DNA from: Micrococcus luteus NCTC 2665
Lineage (GTDB): Bacteria; Actinomycetota; Actinomycetes; Actinomycetales; Micrococcaceae
Direction: 5' to 3'
Length of the DNA: 32,000 nucleotides
Assembly (NCBI RefSeq): GCF_000023205.1
Contig: NC_012803.1
Coordinates: 840,001-872,000, forward strand
The notes beneath the pieces were generated by a model, which saw nothing but the letters and a program-made list of their open reading frames with translations, made no database searches and was not told the origin of the DNA. Positions 9,481-18,316 of this stretch are shown piece after piece. A program made the translations under genes and the position numbers. Numbering within the stretch: the first letter of the stretch is position 1; each line of letters begins with the position of its first letter.

Positions 9481-9568
9481 GTGCTGCTGGCCGAGGCCGT
9501 GCACGCGCTCGCCGTGTACCGGAGGGCCGGCCGGAGCGGGAGACCCGCCCGGCCGACCCGGCCCGGGG

Positions 9569-10984
9569 TCAGCCCTCCAGGGGGCCCTGCACCGCGTACA
9601 GGCGCTTGTTGGCGAACTCGTCCACGGCCATGGGGCCGAGCTCGCGGCCGAAGCCCGAGCGCTTCACGCCGCCGAAGGGCAGGTTCGCGCCGGCGGCGGA
9701 GGCGAGGTTCACGTTCGCCATGCCCACCTCGAGCTGGCCGGCCACGCGCTTGGCCTCGTCCAGGTCCGTGGAGAACACGGCGCCGCCGAGACCGTACTGG
9801 GAGTCGTTGGCCAGGGCCACGGCCTCCTCGGCCGAGGACACCTTGTAGACCACGGCGGCCATGCCGAACAGCTCCTGCGTGTAGGCGGGGTTCTCCTGGT
9901 CCACGTCCGTGATCACGGCCGGGGAGACGTAGAACCCCTCGCCCTCGGGGCCGGAGACACGCTCGCCGCCCACGTGGACGGTGGCGCCGGCCTCCTTGGC
10001 CGCGGCGATCTGCTCGGTGAGCCCGTCGGCCGCGGACTCGGAGGACAGCGGACCATAGACGTCGGCCTCACGCGAGGTCGGGTCGCCGGGCTTCATCGCC
10101 GAGGAGCGCTGGACCAGCTCGTCCACGAAGTCGTCGTAGATGTCCTCCATGACGATCATGCGCTTGTTCGAGTTGCAGGCCTGGCCCCAGTTGCCCATCC
10201 GGGTGGCCAGCGCGTCGCGGGCGGCGGCGCGGGCGTCCGGCGCGGAGAGCACGATGTACGGATCGGAGCCGCCGAGCTCGAGGACGACCTTCTTGAGGTG
10301 CCGGCCGGCCTGCTCGGCGACGGAGGCGCCGGCCCGCTCCGAACCGGTGAGGGACACGCCCTGCACGCGCGGATCGGCGATGATCGTGGAGATCTGGTCG
10401 TGGGTGGCGAACAGGTTCTGGTACACGCCCTCCGGCAGGCCGGCCTCGGTGAAGAGCTCCTGCAGCAGCTGCGCCACCTGCGGGTTGATCTCGGAGTGCT
10501 TGAGCAGGATGGTGTTGCCGAGCACGAGGTTCGGCGCCACGAAACGGGCCACCTGGTACACCGGGAAGTTCCACGGCATGATCCCCAGCAGTGGGCCGAT
10601 CGGCAGCCTCTGGACGAACGCCTCCTGCCCGGAGAACTGCTTGATCGGCTGGTCCGCGAGCAGCTCCTCGGCCTCGTCCGCGTAGTACCCGAAGATCTGG
10701 GCGCCGTAGCGCACCTCGCCGACGGCCGCGCCGAGGGACTTGCCCATCTCCGTGGTGATCAGCGCGGCGATGTCCTTGGCGCGCTCGGCCAGCAGCTCGG
10801 AGATCCGCTTCACGACGGCGGCGCGCTCGGCCACCGACTTCTGGGACCACTGCTCGTAGGCGGCCTGCGAGGCGTCGAGGGCGTCGGCGATCTGCTGATC
10901 CGTGGCGTTGTCGAAGGACTTCAGCAGCTCCCCGGTGGCCGGGTTGATCGTGCGGTAGCCCTGAGAGGCGGAGGTGGTGGTCAT
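9569..10984 (-). CDS. NAD(P)+-dependent aldehyde dehydrogenase, succinate-semialdehyde dehydrogenase-like (Sad/YneI type)
   Basis: The 471-aa product carries IMPWNFPVYQV, LELGGSDPYIVL, the catalytic-Cys region GQACNSNKR and FGGVKRSGFGRE. By my recollection it is collinear with E. coli YneI. Confidence 0.85.
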   Translation of the reverse strand: MTTTSASQGYRTINPATGELLKSFDNATDQQIADALDASQAAYEQWSQKSVAERAAVVKRISELLAERAKDIAALITTEMGKSLGAAVGEVRYGAQIFGYYADEAEELLADQPIKQFSGQEAFVQRLPIGPLLGIMPWNFPVYQVARFVAPNLVLGNTILLKHSEINPQVAQLLQELFTEAGLPEGVYQNLFATHDQISTIIADPRVQGVSLTGSERAGASVAEQAGRHLKKVVLELGGSDPYIVLSAPDARAAARDALATRMGNWGQACNSNKRMIVMEDIYDDFVDELVQRSSAMKPGDPTSREADVYGPLSSESAADGLTEQIAAAKEAGATVHVGGERVSGPEGEGFYVSPAVITDVDQENPAYTQELFGMAAVVYKVSSAEEAVALANDSQYGLGGAVFSTDLDEAKRVAGQLEVGMANVNLASAAGANLPFGGVKRSGFGRELGPMAVDEFANKRLYAVQGPLEG

Positions 10985-11047
10985 CAGTCGTCACCCTTTC
11001 GTGTGGACGTCCTGCGTTGAGCTCTCCATCCTGCCGGAGGCCCCCGT

Positions 11048-11797
11048 TCACTCCCAGATCCCGGACGCCCCTCTTCGCCACGAGCCGAGAAGGTGGGTGT
11101 CCACGACTCCGGCGGCCTCCAGCAGGGCGAAGCACGTGGTCGGCCCCACGAATCGGCAGCCGTGCGCCTTCAGCGCCCTCGCGAGCGCGCGCGACTCGTC
11201 GGAGGTCGAGGGGACCTGCGCCACCGTCTCCGGCCGTGGGGTCGCGGCAGGCTGGTGAGCCCAGACCAGCCCTGGCAGGCCGCGGGCCGGCCGGTCGCCG
11301 TCGCCGTGCCAGGCGGGGCCCGCGCCGGGGGAGCCCGGGTGCAGCGGGGCGAACCGCTCGCCGCGCATCCCGACGACGGCCCGTGCGTTCGCGATCGCGG
11401 CCTCGATCTTGCGCCGGTTCCGGATGATGCCGGGGTCCACCAGCAGCACCTCGACCTCCGCGTCCCCGAACGCCGCGACGGCGTCCGGGTCGAAGCCCGT
11501 GAACACCTGCCGGAACCGGGGCCGCTTGGCCAGGACGGTCTGCCAGCTCAGGCCCGACTGGAACGCCTCGAGCACGAGGCGCTCGAACAGGCCCTGCTCG
11601 TCCGTGACGGGCAGGCCCCACTCCGTGTCGTAGTACTCCCGCAGCAGCGGATCCCGTGCCGCCCACGACGGGCGGGCTCGCCCGTCCTCACCCACGACGA
11701 CGCCACTCGGCGGCGCCTGTCGCCCACCCGTCGGTGGATCCTCGGCGGGGGTGGAGACGGGGGTGGGGAGGCCGTCGTCGGCGTGGTGCGCGCTCAT
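11048..11797 (-). CDS. tag: DNA-3-methyladenine glycosylase I homolog (atypical)
   Basis: Core motifs are present: DPLLREYYDTEWG, LFERLVLEAFQSGLSWQTVLAKR, GIIRNRRKIEAAIANAR and CRFVGPTTCFALLEAAGVVDTH. The start is set at ATG 11797 (MSAHHADD...), but it has a weak RBS and is uncertain. Confidence 0.75.
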   Translation of the reverse strand: MSAHHADDGLPTPVSTPAEDPPTGGRQAPPSGVVVGEDGRARPSWAARDPLLREYYDTEWGLPVTDEQGLFERLVLEAFQSGLSWQTVLAKRPRFRQVFTGFDPDAVAAFGDAEVEVLLVDPGIIRNRRKIEAAIANARAVVGMRGERFAPLHPGSPGAGPAWHGDGDRPARGLPGLVWAHQPAATPRPETVAQVPSTSDESRALARALKAHGCRFVGPTTCFALLEAAGVVDTHLLGSWRRGASGIWE

Positions 11798-11902
11798 GCA
11801 CCCGAGCCTAGGAGCGGCCCCGGACATCCGGAGCCGGAACGCGACGCCCGGGGACGCCACGCCGTCTGCGGACACCTGTGCAGGAGGCACGGCCGGACCT
11901 CG

Positions 11903-12574
11903 TCACTCGAGCCGCCCGGCCCGCAGCCGCCACGTGTGGTCGCACCGGGCGGCCACGGCGGGGTCGTGCGTGACGATCACGATCGCCCGCCCCGGCTGGG
12001 ACATGGAGCGGAAGAGTCCCATCACCTCGTGGGTGCGCTCCTCGTCCAGGGCGCCCGTCGGCTCGTCGGCGAGCAGCAGTGAGGGCCCCATGATCACGGC
12101 CCGGGCGACGGCCACGCGCTGGCGCTCGCCGCCGGAGAGCCGGCCGACGGGGTGGCGGAGACGGTCTCCGAGCCCGAGGCGCGTCAGAAGCTCGGCGGCC
12201 ATGGTGCGGCGCTCGCGTTTCGCCGGGCGCGGCCGCGCGTAGAGCAGCGGCAGGGCCGCGTTGTCCACGGCGGTCGCCCGATCGATGAGCAGATGGTCCT
12301 GGAGCACGATGCCGCACGTCCGGTTCCGGTAGGCGTCGCCGTCGGACGACCACGGTGCCGGCAGACTCCGCCCAGCCACACGGATGCTGCCGGCGTCCGG
12401 TGTGTCAAGGCAGGCGAGGAGCCGCAGCAGGGTGGACTTGCCGGACCCGGAGGGTCCCATGATCGCGTGGACGCCGCCCTCGGGGACCTGGAGTGAGACG
12501 CCGCGGAGCACGGGGACATCCCCGGCGGGGCCGCGGTAGGAGCGGTGCACGTCGTGCACGGTGAGCAGGGACAT
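11903..12574 (-). CDS. ABC transporter ATP-binding protein (MacB/LolD/FtsE-like class)
   Basis: The product runs MSLLTVHDVHRSY...GPSGSGKSTLL (Walker A), then LSGGERQRVAVARA, LLLADEPTGALD and VIVTHD. Its ATG overlaps the stop of the upstream permease gene (TGATG at 12572-12576). Confidence 0.85.
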   Translation of the reverse strand: MSLLTVHDVHRSYRGPAGDVPVLRGVSLQVPEGGVHAIMGPSGSGKSTLLRLLACLDTPDAGSIRVAGRSLPAPWSSDGDAYRNRTCGIVLQDHLLIDRATAVDNAALPLLYARPRPAKRERRTMAAELLTRLGLGDRLRHPVGRLSGGERQRVAVARAVIMGPSLLLADEPTGALDEERTHEVMGLFRSMSQPGRAIVIVTHDPAVAARCDHTWRLRAGRLE

Positions 12575-13710
12575 CACACGGTCCTTTCGACGAGTGCCGC
12601 CGTGCGGACGGCCCGGTGCAGCTGGCGGAGGGGATGGCGGGTGCATGCGGCGGCGATCGCCAGGACGAGCGCCAGCCCGACCACGACGACGGCAGGTGCC
12701 GGACGCAGCCCGCCCGCGTCCGAGGCGATGCCGAGGCCGAGCAACGATCCGAGCACGGCCGGAATGCCCCATACCGCGGCCACGGATGTGGCGATCCGGA
12801 GCCGGATCAGTCGTCTGGGCGCCCCGACCGTCAGGTGCGCCAGCCACGTGGGCGTGAGCCGACGGGTCATGGTCGTCAGGAGGCTCACCACCGTCACGAC
12901 GGCGCTGGCGAGCCCGGCGGTGTAGGCGGTGACCATGAGCGCGGCACCGCGGGCTTCTCGGGCGATCGGAGACCTGGCCGAGGCGATCGAGGCCAACTCG
13001 GCGACCACGCCCGTCTCGTCCTCGAGGACGTCGAGTGCCGCTCTCACCTCGGAGGCCGCGTCCTGGCGTGCCACGACGGAACCGTAGACCGCCGCGAGCT
13101 GGGCCGGTTCGATCAGGCCGGCCATGGTCGTCGTGCTGGTGACGATGACGGGCGACTCACCCAGGGGCCAGAGGGATCCGTCGGCCCGCGGCGCGGCCGC
13201 GTCCCCGGGGAGTGGGCCGGCATAGCTGTGGGGTGTGGACCCCACATACACGGTGCCGCCCGGCCCCCCGGAGGTGATCGCGGCGGGAGCGAAGTACACA
13301 CCCTCGGCGGGACTGACGGCAGCGGTGGCGCCGAACTCCCGGGCCAGACCAGGCGTGGCGATGACCGCCCCCTGCAGCCGGGGGTCCTCGATTCCGATGG
13401 CGTCCGTCACGAGAAAGGCACGGGGGTCGACTCCGTCGACATGGGCGGCGAAAGCCCGGGAGACGGTGTCGACGGCGCGGGGGCGGAGGTCGGTCGTGAC
13501 GGCGGGGTCCAGAATCCTGGCTGTCACCAGGCCCGAGGACTCGGCGTCCTCGAGCACCTCGAGCGCCGTGGTCACCCCGCCGGCGACGCCCAGGGCCAGT
13601 CCGAACACGATCGACGCCACGGTCGTGTGCAGCAGGGACAGGAACAGCAGTCCGGGCGTGTCGAACAGGTCGCGGAGGCCGTCCGCAACGGCCCGCATGG
13701 CTGCCATCAT
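12574..13710 (-). CDS. FtsX-family ABC permease-like membrane protein (second of a pair)
   Basis: The 378-aa product has an N-terminal TM helix (LLFLSLLHTTVASIVFGLALGVAGG), an extracytoplasmic domain of about 210 aa, and three C-terminal TM helices with an FtsX-like VGAPRRLIRLR segment. Its ATGATG start overlaps the upstream stop (ATGA at 13707-13710). Confidence 0.7.
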   Translation of the reverse strand: MMAAMRAVADGLRDLFDTPGLLFLSLLHTTVASIVFGLALGVAGGVTTALEVLEDAESSGLVTARILDPAVTTDLRPRAVDTVSRAFAAHVDGVDPRAFLVTDAIGIEDPRLQGAVIATPGLAREFGATAAVSPAEGVYFAPAAITSGGPGGTVYVGSTPHSYAGPLPGDAAAPRADGSLWPLGESPVIVTSTTTMAGLIEPAQLAAVYGSVVARQDAASEVRAALDVLEDETGVVAELASIASARSPIAREARGAALMVTAYTAGLASAVVTVVSLLTTMTRRLTPTWLAHLTVGAPRRLIRLRIATSVAAVWGIPAVLGSLLGLGIASDAGGLRPAPAVVVVGLALVLAIAAACTRHPLRQLHRAVRTAALVERTV

Positions 13711-14627
13711 GCGTGTGCCCTTCGGACCCAGAGGGTGGACAGGGTCGTGCCGAGGATGAGGATGGCGTCCACGACGAGCACGGCGGACCAGAGGAGAGCG
13801 GTGTCCCCCGTGAGCCCGATCTCCGCGTCCCACCGGGGCCATGCCACGAGCCAGACTCCGCCGGCACTCGCGGCGGCGGTCGCCCAGGCGAGCATGGCGG
13901 GCCGGACACCGAGCCGGGCCGCTCGCAGTGGGGAGGCACCGACGAGGCGGTGCGAGGTAACGGCAGGGAGCAGTCGACTGCGCAGGGTCGTGCGCCAGAC
14001 GACCTGTGCGCCCAGCAGGGCGAAGCCGGCGAGCACGGCGAGCAGGGGCACATGGAGACTGCGTCGCATCGCTGCCTCCCACGGCGGCGGGAGCGGGACG
14101 ACGTCGACGACGACACCGGCCCGCCGCAGCGATTGGACGAGCTCGCCGAGCTGGGCCGGTGATCCGCCGATCACACCTGTCAGGGACGAACTGTCGGGTG
14201 TTAGGAACGGGACCAGGAGGTCTGCTTCGGCGGCGCGATCCGGCGCGGAGGAGAGGTCTCGGACGACGACCCGATCGACGTCCGGCCAGCTCAGCTCGCC
14301 CGCAGCGGCACGTGCGGCGAAGGGGGAGGTGCTGGGGACGACCGCGGTCGGGGCGACGCCGTCCGGGAGCACGCCCAGAGCAGGTCGGCCGGCGAGGGCC
14401 GTCACGTGGGGGTTCGTGGAGGTGGCCGCGGAGCCGGAGTCCGGGCCCGTCAGCGACGTCCGGATCATGGGCCAGGCCTCGCTAGCGGGGAATGCCGAGA
14501 TCTCGTACACCGTGCCGTCCATGCGCCAGCGGTCCTCCTTCTCCACCCCGACGTAGGACGCGAGGAGCGCTGCTGTTCCGAGCGTGATCAGGAGCAGGAG
14601 GAACCGCGAGGCGAACAACCGTGTCAC
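13707..14627 (-). CDS. FtsX-family ABC permease-like membrane protein (first of a pair)
   Basis: The topology is TM1 (FLLLLITLGTAALLASYVG), an extracytoplasmic domain of about 170 aa, then three TM helices with the FtsX-like motif HRLVGASPLRAARLG. The start is uncertain: GTG 14627 (VTRLFASRF...) is used here, and the ORF stays open up to GTG 14729. Neither start has a good SD sequence. Confidence 0.65.
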   Translation of the reverse strand: MTRLFASRFLLLLITLGTAALLASYVGVEKEDRWRMDGTVYEISAFPASEAWPMIRTSLTGPDSGSAATSTNPHVTALAGRPALGVLPDGVAPTAVVPSTSPFAARAAAGELSWPDVDRVVVRDLSSAPDRAAEADLLVPFLTPDSSSLTGVIGGSPAQLGELVQSLRRAGVVVDVVPLPPPWEAAMRRSLHVPLLAVLAGFALLGAQVVWRTTLRSRLLPAVTSHRLVGASPLRAARLGVRPAMLAWATAAASAGGVWLVAWPRWDAEIGLTGDTALLWSAVLVVDAILILGTTLSTLWVRRAHA

Positions 14628-14667
14628 GGGCGGCGACCGGGAGAGCGCGTCACGGTCGAATGGGTGG

Positions 14668-14790
14668 TCACCTAACCTCAACCTCCACGACGCGGTCCAC
14701 CGGAATGCTGACGGCACCCACGGGTGCACGGTTCAGGCTGTCGGTCATGCGAGTTCTCGGCGCCGTGAATGAAAGAGCGACTTTGTCCAT
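14668..14790 (-). CDS. Hypothetical 40-aa small ORF upstream of the FtsX/FtsX/ATPase genes
   Basis: ATG at 14790 is preceded by GGAGGG with a 7-nt spacer (14798-14803). It translates to MDKVALSFTAPRTRMTDSLNRAPVGAVSIPVDRVVEVEVR, with a TGA stop at 14668-14670. It uses many A/T-ending codons (AAA, GCT, CTT, TCA, AGA, ACT, ATT, GTT), unlike the core genes. It is below the ORF-track length cut-off, I recognise no homolog, and it overlaps the alternative long start of the next gene. Confidence 0.3.
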   Translation of the reverse strand: MDKVALSFTAPRTRMTDSLNRAPVGAVSIPVDRVVEVEVR

Positions 14791-14852
14791 GGCGGTTCCC
14801 TCCACAGGGCCCTCGCGGGCGAATGTGACACACATTACAGATGTCAAAACGG

Positions 14853-14879
14853 ACGCTAGGACGTGTGTGTGTGTGTCAA
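14853..14879 (-). promoter_or_regulatory. Candidate sigma70-type promoter facing the small ORF and ABC module
   Basis: The minus strand reads cTTGACA-cacacacacacgtcc-TAGCGT. That is a perfect -35 hexamer, a 15-nt spacer and a TAnnnT-type -10. A second TTGACA lies at 14847-14842. The region is locally GC-poor compared with its surroundings. Confidence 0.3.
14863..14876. repeat. (GT)7 dinucleotide microsatellite
   Basis: Read directly from the sequence: gtgtgtgtgtgtgt at 14863-14876, in an intergenic region. Confidence 0.9.
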
Positions 14880-15162
14880 GGGCTCACTCGCACCCTTCCC
14901 TCTGGCCACCTCAGGGCCGGTCTCAGTCGCCCCAGCAGGTCCTCCCAGAATCTCCTTCCATGCGGCCGCCTCCTTCGGGGAAGCGGCCCTGGACTGCGTG
15001 GCGGTGACTGCGGCCTTCGCGGGCTTCCCGTCGGCCGGCGGACGCGCCTCCATTCCGTCCAGGGGCAGCCGGTGGCCGCCGAGATCGCGGGCAGGTTCGC
15101 ACCGCGCGCGGGGGAGGTGCCCATGGCCGGCACCCTGGCCCCCGCGCCGCGGCACGGACCGC

Positions 15163-17095
<1,933 letters not shown>

Positions 17096-17158
17096 AGCGA
17101 CCCTAGCACGTGCCCCGCGGGGCCTCACCGTCCGCTGTCCGGCCATGCGGCGGGCCGC

Positions 17159-18316
17159 TCAGGCGCGCGCCGCGCGGGCCGCCCGGCGGCGCACTGTGGT
17201 GCGCTCGACGATCCACGTCACGACCAGCATCACGATGATGACGATGCCGGCGTAGCCGAGGACGGGGTAGACGGTGCCCACGAGGTCGGAGAAGCCGACG
17301 CTCGAGAGCAGGGTGGCGGCCAGGGCCGTGACGACGGCGATGACCCAGCCCGGCACGCGGCGCATCGAGGACAGCAGGGCGATGCGCTCCACCCCGCCGT
17401 ACAGGCACGAGACCGCCGTCGTGAACTGCGCCAGCAACAGGACGACCGTGTACAGCAGAGCGGCCCAGCCGCCGATCATCGCGGCCAGCTCGACCATGGG
17501 AAGCTCGGCGCGGCCGATGAGCTGGGCGTGGGCGGTCATCGCGGCCATCACCGCGCCGGCCATCACCACGAGGCCCAGGGCCCCGAGCCCGGCCCCGGCG
17601 ACGAGGGAGCGGCCCGACGAGGAGCTCTCCGCACCGATCGGGGCGAGCACCGCGTAGGCCAGCTGGATGTTGAACGCCACGTACAGCACACCCGAGAGCC
17701 ACCACTGGTTGATCAGCGGGGACGAGGTCACGAGCGCGGCGACGTCGTCCACCGCGGCCCCCGGGTTCGCCAACCCCCACACCGCGACGCCGACGGCGAC
17801 CACGATGATCAGGGGGACCACCACGGCCTGGACGCGCACGAGGCCCGTGATGCCGGCCAGCACCGAGACCACGCAGACGGCCGCCATCACGAGCGAGCCC
17901 GCGAGCGCGGGCAGCCCGAACGCGGTGTGCACCGCCGCCCCGGCCCCGGCCAGCATGATCACCAGCGTCCCCAGCAGGGACGTGGTGATGCACAGGTCCG
18001 CGAACCAGGTGGGCACGCGCGACGTCGTGGGGTTCACGATCCGGTGGATGTCTGTGGTCCGCAGCTTCTGCGCCAGCCGCAGCACGATCACCGCGAGCAG
18101 GAAGAACAGCGCGCCGGCGATCACGAGCGCCCCCGTGCCGCCCCAGAGGCCGAAGCTCACGAAGTACTGCAGGATCTCGTTGCCCGAGGCGTACCCGGCA
18201 CCGATGGTGGTGCCGATGAACGTGGCGGCGATCCCGAGCGGGGAGGTCGGCCGCAGCGGCGCCGACTCCTCGGCCCGGCAGGGGTGCGCGGGAGAGCTCT
18301 CGGTGACGTGGGACAT
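17159..18316 (-). CDS. YkvI-family-like polytopic membrane protein (putative transporter)
   Basis: The 385-aa product has about 11-12 hydrophobic segments. The N-terminal motif IGTTIGAGYASGNEILQYF resembles, from my memory, the GAGFATGREIVEFF motif of B. subtilis YkvI. There is no SD sequence. GAGAAT lies 8 nt before the ATG, so the transcript may be leaderless. Confidence 0.65.
   Translation of the reverse strand: MSHVTESSPAHPCRAEESAPLRPTSPLGIAATFIGTTIGAGYASGNEILQYFVSFGLWGGTGALVIAGALFFLLAVIVLRLAQKLRTTDIHRIVNPTTSRVPTWFADLCITTSLLGTLVIMLAGAGAAVHTAFGLPALAGSLVMAAVCVVSVLAGITGLVRVQAVVVPLIIVVAVGVAVWGLANPGAAVDDVAALVTSSPLINQWWLSGVLYVAFNIQLAYAVLAPIGAESSSSGRSLVAGAGLGALGLVVMAGAVMAAMTAHAQLIGRAELPMVELAAMIGGWAALLYTVVLLLAQFTTAVSCLYGGVERIALLSSMRRVPGWVIAVVTALAATLLSSVGFSDLVGTVYPVLGYAGIVIIVMLVVTWIVERTTVRRRAARAARA

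Noticed and set aside
7681-9848. A 607-aa minus-strand ORF (7681-9504) and a 643-aa plus-strand ORF (7917-9848) over putP
   Set aside because: Both are alternate-frame or antisense to putP. Only the short portion of the plus-strand ORF after the putP stop (9288-9480) has meaning, as the ThpR-like remnant reported separately.
10068-12082. A 532-aa minus-strand ORF (10068-11666) and a 329-aa plus-strand ORF (11093-12082)
   Set aside because: They overlap the aldehyde dehydrogenase and tag genes in wrong frames or on the wrong strand. Their composition is low-complexity.
14856-15155. A 99-aa minus-strand ORF in the thiC-downstream spacer
   Set aside because: It has no convincing RBS at either Met, the product is Ala/Gly/Pro/Lys-rich, I recognise no motif, and its third-position GC falls toward the 3' end. 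Its stop lies inside the putative promoter. It is kept only as a caveat in the spacer finding.
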